Source: Curvularia clavata (lineage: Eukaryota). Taken from it: a DNA stretch of 64,000 nucleotides. Position 1 is the first letter of the stretch, and each line of letters starts with the position of its first letter. Below, one piece after another: positions 49,750 through 62,935 of this stretch. The position numbers were made by a program, and so were the translations under genes. Where the stretch lies: contig CP089280.1 in the NCBI GenBank assembly GCA_023920165.1, forward strand, positions 620,001-684,000, in the 5' to 3' direction. The notes under the pieces were generated by a model. It was not told the origin of the DNA. It saw nothing but the letters and a program-made list of their open reading frames with translations, and searched no databases.

Positions 49750-51797
49750 ATGACTTCGCAGGGCGGCACCTCATACACTGCGGTACCCAGGAGAAACTCC
49801 GACAGTAGAATGTCCCTCGATGATATCCCACTCGCGACACGGTTCCAAAGCCATTCAGACCATGAACACAAACATCCACGGGAAAGCATGAGCGACGAAG
49901 ATGAGCCGGATCCTCGGGCGACGAAAGTGACTTCTAATGGGCATGCTGTTTCTCTCACCGACGAACACGAGAAAAAGGGAGACATGAGGGGTGTCCGCCC
50001 TGTGCAATGGAGGATATCTCTCTACACACCGATCGCGATGGTCAGCCTCTTCGTTTCTGGATTGCTCGTCGCCGTCGGCCATCACCTCTTCTACTCGCGC
50101 TTTAATGGAACCCGCGTGCGAGGGCCAAAAGAAGACGGAGCCTCAGAGTACATTTCGCAAGTTTGGATCATTCGATACGGTACTGCGTTTGCTTTTGTGA
50201 CAAAGACGCTACTGGCAGGCTCGATTGTGGTTGCGTACAAGCAGCACATGTGGATTAATCTGCGACACAAGGCTAATTCAGTATCGACAATCGATGCTGT
50301 CTTTGCAGCCACCCATGATTTTTTGGCCTTTTTGAGCCCTTCGTTTTGGACTAGAGCGAAGATTCCAGCGCTGCTGGCGCTGATTGCTTGGTTAGTTCTA
50401 TGCATACATTCAGATCAGAAATGCAGAGCAAGAAACAGCAAGGCTAACGTACTTGAGATAGGTGTCTTCCCCTCGCCGCTCTCGTCACGCCTTCTTCTCT
50501 TACGGTGATTGGAGCTAAACAAGATACTGTTTCACCAACATCGGTTCCAGCACTCAATCTGAACGATTCTGCGTTGTACAGATCTGAAGGTCTTGGTAAT
50601 GCCACCTCGCCCTTGTTGCACCGAACTACTCTCGCAACCGCCATGAGCATGCAGATACTGCCCATGCGACGCATTCTACCCGTCAACGCAAGCTACGAAT
50701 TTGAATTCGAAGGTCCCTCGCTCAAGTGTGAGACAGCGACCGGCGACCGTTTACAGAACATGACCGCTGTTGACAAAGAAACCATCAGGCAGCTCAAGAC
50801 TGCTGCTACTGGCCGAACTTCGGTCGAAGCAGACATGCGATACCTCTCCTTTGCCAGCGACGAAACAGGAATCAGCACTGACAACCTAACGTCCTACGTC
50901 CTCGACTGCATCGTACTTGAATCCTTCAACCCATGCGGGACCAGCAGTCCCGTCCCCACACTCTTCATTCGTATGGGCAACGAAAGCATAACCTGTACGA
51001 CCTACAACACGCACTTCACCGCTCTCTTCGGAGCCATGGGCGCCCTCGACACGCAACCTATTTCCAACGTGCGCCACGAATGGAAAGAACCCTTAAACAC
51101 CGACGTCACCCGCAGCATATTCAAAGCGCTATCCTCCCTGCTAAACGGCTTCTTCGGCACCTACACCTCGAGCGTCGACAGCGACGGCCGCTTCTCCGGC
51201 AAAACCATGATTGCAGATACTGCGCTCCTCGAGCTCCTGCAGCAATCCTTCCCCGCACTACGCAACGACATACCGCAGGAAAAATGGATGCAAACCATTT
51301 CCACGCAGAGCCTCGCGCAGACTGTCGAAGAGCTGTCTCGAAACCAGACCATGAGTCTTTTTAGCATCGAGGCCCTGTGGTTGCCACTGGATACTAAAGA
51401 CAGCAAAACAATGGCAAATGTGCATTACTGGGACGTGTACAATAAATACGAGTATCTGCCACGCAATTTGTGGCTGGCGTACGGTTTCGCCATCGCGTGC
51501 TCTTTTACAGCTGTTCTACTGGGTCTCCGCGCCCTGTGGCTGAACGGCGTCAGTCATGATAATTCCTTCTCGGCGATCATGGCGGTCACGAGGAACAAGT
51601 ACCTCGATCAGCTTACGTGGGGGCATTCGCTGGGTGCGGCGCCCATGGGCGAGGAGATTCTCAAGGCGAGGTTGAAGTTTGGGGTTTTGGAGGGAAGTGA
51701 TGATGGTGATGGGGGAGGAGGAAAGGGTATGTATAGAGCGGGATTTGGCACGGATGATACCGTGGGGAGGTTGAGGAAGTGGCAGGTCGTGTATTGA
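49750..51797 (+). CDS. Fungal membrane glycoprotein of unknown function (TM segments at both ends, lumenal middle domain)
   Basis: GHHLFY, GTAFAF, YKQHMW, F.GPSLKC, VEELSRNQTMSL, LWLAYG, FSAIMAVTRN; intron 50391-50461. Confidence 0.85.
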
Positions 51798-52126
51798 TTG
51801 CTTGCTCTTCTCACATTCTTGGTACACAAGGAGAAATTTGGTAGATGCATGAAAACGAAGTTTTGACTATCTAACTCCTGTGAAAATGCTTGCAGTATAA
51901 AATACATGTCACACGTTGGTCCCCTCATTTCATGCCCCATACTATGTTTCCATCTGGAGTAGGCCATTCTCCCCTTCCATTTCTCATCTGGAGAAAAAAA
52001 ATCCATATACATGTACATTTTGTGTGACTTGGTGCGATTAAGATGTGCGAAACAAAAGAGAAAAAAAAAGTGACTGAGGAATAGCATGTCCACCCCATTA
52101 AAAATCTTCAACTCGTGCGATACTGG

Positions 52127-55100
52127 TTACTCGGCTGGTGCAGCACCACCGCGTCCACCACCTCTTGCCCTCTTGCCACCCCTGGTAGCCCCCTCATTGT
52201 CATCCTCGGCGTTGCGCTTCTGGCCACGACCGGCCTGGGCGCCCTGACCCGTGGGCTGGAATCCAGGAGCACCAGGGTTAAGTCCGCGACCTGGCGAAGC
52301 TTGGTTTTGATTCTGTTGGCCAGCAGCGCCGCGACCGCGACCACCGCCACCGCCACCTCGACCACCACCGCGACCAATCTGCGAAGCACCTGCACCCTGA
52401 TTCTGGCCTTGATTCTGGCCTTGGCCTTGTTGCTGGTTATTTTGTTGGCCACGACCACGGCCACCCGGGACTGGGATACCGGTAGCACCTCCGCGAGGAA
52501 TGTTAGATTGAAGTGCCCCTCGAATGGCTGATGGACCGGTTCCTACACCGTCGCCACGACCACGGCCTTGCTGCTGCTGCTGTTGACCTTGGTTTTGCGC
52601 CACGAAGCCTGGCTGAGGCAGACCCCTACCCATCTGGTTTGCACCTTGCATGAAGGGGTTGAAAGTGTTTCCTTGGCCGGCAGATTGGAGGAACGGGTTC
52701 TGTTGTTGGGGTGCCTGCGTTCCAGCAAAGCTGTGGGCACCATCGACTTGGGGGATGACCGGCGTCGAGGATGCCGCCTGCTGTTGCTGCGCCGGCGTCG
52801 ACGCATTTGGTACTTGGTTCTGAGACTGAGCCTGTACTGCGTCCGACTTTGCGGGAGTGGCCGGTTGGGTTTTGTTGTCAGGCTTGGGCTTCTGAGTGAT
52901 TGCGATCGCATAAACCTTTCCAACCTCCTCGGTGGGCGTCTCCTTTGCAGCTGTCTCAATATAGTTGAACTTGGCTCGGACGAGCGCAAGTTGCGAGTCC
53001 TTGACTCTTGACTTCATCTCGAACGTCTTGCTTATCTGCGCCTCTTTCTCCTGCAGCTTCACCTTCAGCTTTTCTTCCCAAGCAGCGTTGATTGCCTTCA
53101 CATCTTCGCCAGAAGTTGCTTGGGTCGCCTGCTCTGGCTCCTGCTTTACACCAGTGATGCCGTCGATGGCTTTTTGCGTATTGAGTTGTTCGATTTCTTG
53201 ACGCAACTTGGCAATCGTCTCATCTCGGGAAGTGGTCGCTTTCTTGAGATTGTTTTGGATTTGAGACTTGACAACCCTTAGCGCGCCAGAGTTGGTCCTG
53301 AACCATTGAGCAAGTTGGTTATCTGTCACTCTGGGTCTCGGCAGATCCTCTGTGTGGACCATGCCTTCAGGCAAGTCAGCCGGTGCTTCGGAAGTCTCAT
53401 TCGAAGTCGCCATCTGTCTCTCCTGCTGGAGACGCTCAAGTTCGGCTACGTGAGCATCCTTCAATCTGGCAAGTTCTGCGTCGGTTTCTGCCCTGATTGC
53501 CGAGACACGCTCATTAGCCTTCTTTCTCAAATTCTCCAGGTTACCCTCCTTCTTAGCGATTACACCTTCGCGGCCATTGAGTGATGCTTCAAGTTCCTTA
53601 AGCTGTGCCTCACGCTGGTCAAGAGAAGCCTTGATGGCAGCAACTTCGTCGCTATTTTGTGGAGCTTCAGAACCAGCCTTGGCGCTGGCGAGTTGAGCCT
53701 TGAGGTCGTCAATCTCCTGCGACTTTGCAGCAACCTCTTCCTTGAGTTTCTCAATCTCGGCGCGTGTAGCGGAGTCATCGACGTGCTCAGTTGATGTCAC
53801 ATTGGATGCAGCCTGAGCGTCTTGCGGTTCAGATTGGGCTTGGGATAGTTGTTGTCGAAGCTCATCAATAGTTGTGCTCTTCTCGGTCTGTATATACGTC
53901 AGTATCTTGTCCTTGATAAGCCGATTAGACTGACTTACAGTTTCTTTTTGTAGAGTCTCAATGCTGTCGATTTGTGCCGACAACTGGGCTTGGAGGTGAG
54001 ACAACTGTTCAGCCGCGGCAGACCGATTGCTCTCAGCCTCAGCAGCCTTCTGCTGAGCTTCTTCAAGCTGTTTCTGCAGTGCTGAGACCTCTTGTGCCAG
54101 AGCTGCAGAATCTCCTTCAGCGACCTGGCCTTCTTCGTCTCCATTTGCGTCCCCAGCTGGTTGCGAGGATGCCTTTGCTTGAGCTATTGCTTCGTCACGA
54201 GCAGCCTTCACTGCCTGGAGCTCTTCCTGTACAGCTGCGAGCTGCGCTCGTGCTTGTTGCAGTTCTTTCTCTAGCCTTGCAACATGCTCTTGGGATTGTC
54301 CAGCATCCGTATGTGCTGTTTGCGCATTTCCAAGCTGTTGTTTGAGATCTTCAAGCTCTTGCTTCAAGTTCTCAACCGTCTTCTGAGCTTCGTCCCGCTC
54401 TGCAGCGATTGCCTTCATTTCTTCATTCTTCTTACCCATACGCTCATTGTGGATCTTCTGGAACCTCTCCCTTGCGAACTTGACTTCAGCCTCTTTCTCA
54501 CTGACCGCCTTTTCCAACTTAGCAGTGAGATCTGTAATTTGTTCGTTGAGACCAGAGGCTTGCTGCAATGCCTGATCACGCTCGGCCTTGTGATCCTCAA
54601 TTTGTTTCTTGAGATCTTCCAGCTCTTTAGGGTCGATGCGATCATAGCGTTGAAGTACATCCTGGTGGCGCTTCTGCCAGCGGTCACGGTCCTCTTCAAC
54701 AGCCTTAAGATGACCAGCCTTGAGTTCAAGCTCGCCTTCAAGTTCGGTAACACGAACCTGCAGCGGTTCAAGCTCACTCTGAAGGGCCTCCAATGCCTTG
54801 GCTTTTTCAGCAAATGAATTCTGGAGACGGATGTTCTCGCCTCGAAGTGTAGCGTTGCTTTCACGGTAGACATTAAGCTCTTCCAGGTTCTTGTTGAGGT
54901 TGGCAAGACTGGAATTGCTCTGTGAACCCGAAGCCTTGGCTTGTTCTTCGAGCAACTTCTCCCGGGTCTGGTCGAGCTGAGTCTGAGCGTGGGTGAGTTG
55001 TTGCTCCAATCGCTTCGATTCCTGAACCTTGAGATTAAGTTGCACTTCAAGAATCTCTTTCTCGCGGCGGAGATAAGTCTCAATATCCTGAAGGTTGCTC

Positions 55101-58100
55101 GAGCCCGGCTCGGTAGTGCCTGCATCGCCTGCTGCTGCCATTGCACCACGGTTGTTCTTCAAGCTATTGATCTGCTCCTTGTACTCGTCAAACTGCTTGA
55201 GCAATGTCTGGTTGTATTGCTTCAAGTCGTCGTGTCGGCGTTTAGCTTCTGTGAGTTGCTCTTCATATCGGCTTTCTGTCGACTTCCAGTGCTCTTGACT
55301 CTGCTCCAACGTCGTGCGCGCAGCTTCAGCTTGTGTCTTGAACTCCGTGATTTCAGTCTGAAGTTGGTTGTGCTGCTCCCGTAGCTCCCGGAGCTTCTCC
55401 ATGCTCTCGGCGTGCTTCTGGAACTCGTGCTCGTAATCCTTTTGGGCGCGCTCGGCAATATCGGCCTGTGTCTTCACATACTGCATCTGGTTTTCGGCTT
55501 CAGCCTTATAATCAGCCACATCGTTCTTGAGTCGGGTGATCTCCGACTCGAGGGCTTCCTTCTCTTGTCGCAGCACCAAGGTATCCTGCTCATGCTGTCC
55601 TCGGAGTTGGGTAAGTTCAGTGCTGCTAGTGGCAAGCTCAGAAGAGATGTCTTCCACACGCTGCTGTAAGTCTCTAATGGTGGCGTCCTTCTCTTCTTGT
55701 GCCAAGTTGATCTGTTCTTGGAGTCGTTCATGGGCCTCCGCAAAGGTCTGCAGTCTGTTCTCGGCATCCTGTGCAATTTCTTGGAAGCCGGCAATCTGAG
55801 CATTGAGAGCCTCCAGTTCCTCCTCCTTGCGTTCAAGCTTGCGCTTGAGTTCTGCGACCTCTGCAGTAAGCTCCTCTTCACGGTTGGCTGGGTCCTCTTC
55901 CTCGTTCGAACCGTCAGCACGCGAAGCGGAGCGAGGTTGAAGCGCCTGTACACGCTCTTCGGCCAGCTGAAGTTGGTTTTGCAGATCCTTGACACGCTGC
56001 TCGAGTTGTTGGCGAGTTGAATCTGCGGTTGCAGACTTGAGTTCAGCACTGTTGCGCGCGGCAATAAGATCATCGATCCTTCGCTGCGACTCAGTACGCT
56101 CGTAGTCCCGCATCTGTACGACTTTCTTGTGTTCAGCAATTTCGTCTTCTAATTTCCGTTCGGTGGTCTGAAGATCAGCGCGAAGCTTGTCAACAGTGTT
56201 CTGCAGTTCCCGTCGGCTTTCTGCAGTGGCCAATTCAGCTTCATTGCGAAGGCTCTGGATGGAGGAAACCATGTTGCTCAGACGGTCGCGTTCTGTAACC
56301 AACTCTTGGTTCCTCTCCTTGAGGCGTGCTTCGATTGTCGCAGACATCTGCTGGGCGGCTTTGAGCTGAACCATTTCACCCTGCAGGCTTTGGAGTCGAG
56401 CTTCGGCCTCGGCAGCATTCTGAGTAGCCTGTACCAGCCTATCATCCTGCTGAGCCATGGTCGCCTGGATCTTGTTGTAACGCTCCTGCAGAGAGTCCTT
56501 CTCGGATTGGAGCAGCTTGATGCTACCTTCGAGGCGAGCATACCTATCTTGCTCTCGTCGCACCTGCGATTCAAACCGGAGCTTATCACTCTGAAGCTGA
56601 GAGTTGTCCTTTGTGAGCGTATCGACTTGTGATTTGAGCGTAGCGCGGTCCGCAGCGCTCTCCTCCTTGAGCAAGTCAATGTGAGATTGAAGATCCTTGA
56701 TAAGCTTGCTGTATTCCGGAATTTCACGAGACTGAGAGCCGTTCTCGAGTAGCAATGGCGCTCCACCCGCTGGTACCGATTGGGCGAAAATGGAGGTTGA
56801 TTGAGAGTGCGAAGGTAGCTGACTGCGGCCGCCCACAATGCGACTGTACATGTCACGCTCTGTCTTGAGAGTCTGGGAGCGGACGTGGAGGGACTTGATC
56901 TCTTCCTCCTTTTCAGCAACCACAGAGCGCAGACGGTTAAGCTCCTCGACGTCCTTTTGGTATTGTTCGGAAGCCATGCGAGCCTCTTGCTTCTCTTGTT
57001 CATCACCCACTTGTCGAATGGTGCGCAGAAGCTCAGCATTCTGCTGTTGGATCTCTACCACGTTCTTGTAGAGCACAAGGTGCTTGGTAATCATGTTTTG
57101 TGTTGGCGAATCGTCTGGCAACAGATCATCGGGCAATTCATTCTTGTTGACAGTTTCGAGAATGAACCGTTGCTGATCCTCTGGGAGGCTGGCAATGCCG
57201 TTCTCTTCTGCTTCCCGCCTCCACAAAAGCGACCGCAACTGGATCGTTGTGTCTTGGACCTGACGTTGAAGCAGCGCGCACTCATTTTGAACACCTTCGA
57301 GATCACCCATTGCCTTGCGCGAGTCTCGTTGGGCGGCCTCACGCTCCGCAATGGCTTCTTCGAGAAGTGTGGAAATGTCGTTGTTCTGCTCGACAAGCGC
57401 ATCATTCTGGCGACGAAGCTCATCAAATTCTGGCTGGCGGCGTTCGAGCTCTTGGAGCATGTCGTTAAGGATGCTGCTCTGCTCTTCGTGCTTCTCTCGC
57501 ACCTTGCGAAGTTCCTTCTTGAGGTCATTATTTTCAATCAGCAACTGAGTCCTGGATGCATCAGCCTTGAGCTGCGAGCCACCAGGCGAGAAGACAGCAG
57601 GCGATGCAGCCCTGCCCGGTGTACTAAAGCCGCCATTCATGCTCATGCTCATGCCGTGGCGTGGTGTTCCAGGAACGCGAACCGAGCTTCGAAGCTCAGA
57701 GTTGTCACTCCTCAGGGTCTCCACAAGCGTCTCTAGTTCAGCGGTACGAGCTTCAGCTTCCGCAGCCCTGCTACGCTCCAGCTCTACGTCGGCTTGCAGC
57801 TGACCAATCTCGGTGGCAGCATCTTCCTGTACACGCTCGCTGTCTGCCTGTAACTGTTCCAAGCGCTTTTTGGTTATCTCGTTGTTTTGCTGGTGCAACT
57901 CGGCCAGTCGTCGGGCGCTATCCAGTTCGATGCGGAAATTGGCCTCAGCTGTTGACGCGGCATTCTCGAGTTCCTCAATACGCAGGCGGTCCTCCTCAGC
58001 CTTGTTCTTGAGTTCTTCAATGTGCTGTCGTAGTAGTGTTTCGGCGCGACGCAGGGTGTCGATGGTCTCGGAAGCGTCTGCAATTTCACGCTGCAACTGG

Positions 58101-58848
58101 GCGATCTGGGCATTCTTTTCCTTTCGGTACTTGCTGTGGTCGTCGGAGCGGGTCTTCAGTTCGGTGGTATACCAGTCGTTGTTGCTTCGCAGCTGCTCAA
58201 TCTCCTGCTGCAGGTTGGCCTCGCGGAACTTGACGTTAGTAGCATCGCTCTCGAGTGACTGATTCTTCTGCTCCAAGGCGGAGGCCTGCTTGCGCAGCTC
58301 CAACCACTTCTCATGCAGTTCAGACAGCTCCTTTGCGAGGCGGTCGTGTGCAACTGTCTTGGCCTCGTGCATGGCCATGGCGTCGCGATTGTGCGCCTCG
58401 AGTGTCTTGATGCGTGATTCCAGTGCCTGCGTCTCGGTCGTAGAGCTGCTGGCTGTGGCCTGCAGGTTGTGCAGTGCTGTCTCAGCCTCTTGTCGAGCAT
58501 TTTCTGTACAAACATGTTAGTAAAGGTAGCAAAGAGGTGGGTGCAGCTCGTCGTACCTTGTTCAACAAGCTTCTGCTTCAGCTCTTCAGCTTCTTTCTGT
58601 GCCTTTTCTGCGGTGGCCTTCAAGCTTCGTGCGCGTTGCTCGCCGGCCTGGACAGCCGCCTCGAGCTCGACATCAATGCGGATCTTCTCCGACTGGAGGT
58701 CATCGTATGCGCGCGCCTTGGCTTCAATCTGAGTGAGCAGCGTCTGGACTAGCTCTACAGTGGGTTCGGATAGGAGCGACTGCAGCGTCGTTTCTGGGAC
58801 AGAATAGGATGCGGCCAGGTAGCCGACGTCGACTGTTGCCGCCGCCAT
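52127..58848 (-). CDS. MLP1: Nuclear-basket coiled-coil nucleoporin (Mlp1/Mlp2/Nup211/TPR family)
   Basis: ~2200 aa coiled coil with TPR/MLP1-2-type segments (AQKDYEHEFQKHA, YLRREKEILEV, LNVYRESNATLR, DRWQKRHQDVLQRYDRIDP); introns 58556-58504 and 53938-53888; RGG tail with a KR-rich NLS-like segment. Confidence 0.9.
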
Positions 58849-59322
58849 GCTGAGTGAGTGTGTAGTGATCTATCGCACGTCTCGGCGCATCCTCAATCGC
58901 GGTCCAGATGTGGGGGGCAAGGACTGCGAACAAAGAAAAGACGACGATGGACGTGTTGTTTGACGCGAACAAGAAGGCGCCTTGTCGACAAAGTCGCGAG
59001 GCTGCCGACAAGTTCGCGCATGGGCCACGCACACGCTCCTGCATGCGCTCATCTCATAGCGCTAGCATCCTTGTCGCCTTCACTGGCTTTCTCTCCGCTG
59101 CCTGGACCTTCATCTCCAACGCCCTTCACCCCAACGCCTCGCTGTCCGTTTGTCCACGCTCACTACTCATCTCGCCTACTGTCCCGACCCTTGTGCGACT
59201 CTTTAGCTAGACGCTGCACACTTGGCCGCTCTCGCGCTCTTGGCCTCTTAGACCTACTCTCGATCCGCTCGCTATCCCCATCCACCAGGCTTCATCCACA
59301 CGCACCGCCACTGTCTACAGCC

Positions 59323-60181
59323 ATGTCGTTCCTTAAAGCAAACTCCTCCTCTGCTGCGAATGCGCCCTCACCTACGCCATCGACGTCGTCGGCAAGCGGC
59401 TCCAAGCGCAAGCGTCCCGCTGATGGCGCACCTCCAGTCGTCTATTCGCAGCCACAGGACACGGGCACCGGCGAGCACGTCTTCACCCGCCTCACCTATG
59501 TCAACGACTTCTTGCGCGAGCGCAAAGACAAATGGCATAGTTTCGAAGACATTATGGAGTACCTCAACATCCCGCCTGGTCACATCCAGCGTCAGCAGCT
59601 TCGCCAGCTGATGCGTGCTGATAACCAAGGCAACCGGATCTCATGGGACTCACAGGTTCGTAATGCATACGACGTGGCCATCGTCTATTGATGCTAACCT
59701 TGTGTCTTTTTCCATTCAGAACGAGAGGTACAAGTATAAGAGCAAACTGGACATTCACAACGGCGCTCAGCTCAAGGGCCATTTCCAGACCCAGAAGTCT
59801 GCCCTAGGTTTGCAGATCAAGGACTTGAAGGACGGCTGGTCCAACGTGGCTGAAGACATCACCAAAATGGAAGAGAAGAACGAGGTATTGGTGCGACGCG
59901 CCAAAGACGGCGTCCCAAAGACCGTTTGGGCTAATGATCCTTCGCTCATGCTGCCTATGGAACCAGTATTCGCAAAGGCATGGCATTCAGTCCAGGTTCC
60001 TGACAATCCAGATGAGCTGCGCAAGGTGCTGCTCGCCAATAAGATGACGGCCGCCACCCAGGCCAAGGTCATTGTCGCTGCCCCTACGACTAAGAAGAAG
60101 AAGGGTCCTCGTCGCGGCGGCAAGCAGACAAACACCCACATGATTGGTATTCTGAAAGATTTCTCTGGTATGAGGAAGTAA
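59323..60181 (+). CDS. TFA2: Transcription initiation factor TFIIE beta subunit
   Basis: VVYSQPQDTGTG, winged-helix region, GLQIKDLKDGW, FAKAWHSV.VP, KQTNTHM; intron 59656-59719. Confidence 0.93.
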
Positions 60182-61383
60182 ACTGTGATTTTGCATAGCG
60201 CGGCGTTTGGCTCTATTTTTTTTTCTCGGTCACACAGAAGGCCTTTGATGAAGCTTAGTCTGCTTTTTGTTGAACATGTACATTATGCATATGGGTAGGC
60301 TCATGGAGCAGGTAGTTGTAGACTGTGAGAACACGTAGTTGACCAGAGCTCCCAAAAACGGAGCATGCCTATATAAACTACATCCTTATACTTGATTCCC
60401 ATAATACTCCAACACATTGTGCTCACAGCAGCTGCATTTACCCGGCGTCTTCTCATTCGGCCGATGCAAGCGGTTCCGCCGGTGCACGGGGTTACACATT
60501 CCCTGTTACGCGCAACACGTTAGTACCAACCATGCACCGTAACTAATACAATGTAGAATACCTTTACTGTTTCCATCGCCGCCGCCGTTGCCTTTGGGCG
60601 GTTCAGGCCTAGGAATAACACAAGGGCGACTACAACTATCCCACCTACCGTGGAGCACACAAGCACTACGCCACCGATCGGGAAAGCCTGAACGCCGACC
60701 CCTACAATACGAACAGTCATTGCGGCAACAAAGGTCCACGCCTGTCACATCCTTGCCGCCGTCAAGTGTCTTCTCACAACAAGTCCGCGTCTTGTCCATG
60801 AGCTATCTAGTCGACACAATCCTTTTAAATTCACAACAAAATCCAATGTTTGGCTTCCAACTGCTGAAGAGGCCATATATGCTACATCATGCCCTTAAAT
60901 GCGGAAATTTTTAGCCTCCAGCTAGCGTGATCTCGAATGTCCCACCCCAGTGTACAGTTGCTTCTGTAAAAGGTAAAGTTGCGCCAGGCAGACTGTTGGC
61001 CGACCTAGTCTCTTCTGAGCGACGCGTCGCGTCGTTAGCGTACACAGTCCACGCGATATCACGTGCCCGATGGGAGGGGGAACTGAGGCAAGCTTAGTCA
61101 TGTGGGAGTTGAGACAAGCTGACTGGGCTGCCGTGCAGCTGTGAGCAGAATGCTTGGCGGTCGTCTTTACACTTGGTAGGGCTGACAGCCTAAGGTATGC
61201 GAATACTCTCGTTCCTCTAGTTATCCAGCGAAGAACAGCAGAAACTACGCGTCAGTTTCCAAGGAAAAGGCCCAAATGCACGTTTACCAAGTCGGCGTGG
61301 AATCACTTTTTCGAAGATTCAACTTTAATTCCAGAATCACAGCCTGCTAATCGTATACAAATCAACAATCTAAACGACGTTGT

Positions 61384-62935
61384 TCATACTCTCGACGTGG
61401 CCACTGCCGGTAGACCCCTCCCCATCTCCACCAGCATAACCTCATCGTCTTCCTTTGCATACGCTCTACTCTCAATATGAGTCTCCATAGTCTTTGTAAT
61501 CCCCGTGTCAAGACCAAACTTCCTCCAAGAATTCATACTTGGCTTTGAGTTCTTTCGGGCGCTATCCGACACCTTATTCGGCAGATCCGGACCCATGTCG
61601 TTGTAGTTTGCGTAGCGCGAGCTGCCTTGGGTCGAGCCGAAGCAGCTAGGGAAAATGATGGCGAGGAAGCGGCGAAGTGCAGGCATGCAGACGCAGAAAA
61701 TGCTGACAAAGGCTTCCAGGACGGACCAGTACGCTGTAGGCACTGAGTCCCAGGTTGGGTTGGCCGACTTGGCGAATTTGACAAGAGAGCGCAGACGCAC
61801 TATAGATATAACGGTTGTGCTGGTGAAAATTGTAAGTATGCCGACCGTAGAACGAAAAGAAGGAGAAAGGGTGGACTAACAAGATGCCGATGCTGAACAT
61901 CATGATGACATATATTTTGTTTTTCTGGCTCATGGATAACTTTAGCAGTTCTGGCATTGGTAACGCTAGAACCAGAATGTCGAGTAGGATGTTGACAGCG
62001 GCGTGGCATGCTGCGAAAATATGGAAGTTGATGCATGTGCCCTCGTGCTGGCCATCCCAATTGTGCCAAATGTATGATACGGGCGTGCAGTTGAAGACAC
62101 AGCTAAGCGTGAACGCGAGACCATAGGCAACGCAAACCCATATCAAAATGTATGCTCGTTGCCTCAGGGCTCGTCGAGGGAAGATGCGGAGGCAAAAGTA
62201 CAGAAAGGATATCTTTGCGAATGTGAGAGCGATAAAGTAGAAAATCTCGGTAAGCCATGTGAACTTCAAAAAATCAGCGGATTGGTTTAGGCTAATTCAC
62301 TTTCGAGATCATGTCTCTTACCATGATGATACGACTAATCTTTTCAGGGGGTATGGTCCATATGTCTTTTCCAAAGCCATCATACGACATCGGAAACTCG
62401 AGTATGCCCATGGGGAGGGCACTTAATAGTGCGAGGACAGCATGGACGTCATCTATGGCAAAGTTCCTGCCGACAGCGATGCAGCGTGCAAGCACTGCCA
62501 TGATGGCTAGACCTCCCGACACGCCACTCACAATAGGTGTGATTTGCGTGATATCACGGACAGGCCTTCCACACATTGTTTCTGTGGCATTTTGTGCGGC
62601 TGAAAGATGTCAGTTTACTATGGGAGTGAAGGCTAGATAACCTCAACTTACCTAGGGCCTCTACTACAGTACATGACGACAGAACGCACGTTTGAATCGC
62701 TTTTTGCAGTGGCTCATCGGTGCAAATACATGTCATGTTTGTTGGTGCACATACAGTCTGCGCCTTGAGACTGGATTCTAGGCATTTAGCCTGTCATAGG
62801 TCAGTGCTTGTGACCTCTCAACGTGAAAAGCAATATACTACTCACAGCACATTGCGGTATTTGTTGCTGTCCAGACACTACGGTGAACAGAGCAAAAACA
62901 GCACCAACATACTCAGCAATGCCCCGAGGCCTCAT
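61384..62935 (-). CDS. CFEM-domain PTH11-like GPCR
   Basis: Signal peptide MRPRGIAEYVGAVFALFTVVSG; 8-Cys CFEM across three exons (PQCA|AKCL..VC..TCICTD..TCVLSSC..|..MCG); 7TM motifs GFGKDIW, KISFLYFCLRIF, CTPVSYIW, NILLDI, WSVLE..IFCVCMPA; four introns. Confidence 0.92.

Noticed and set aside
52500..58760. Long antisense ORFs over MLP1 and other genes
   Set aside because: Shadow ORFs caused by the codon bias of the real genes.
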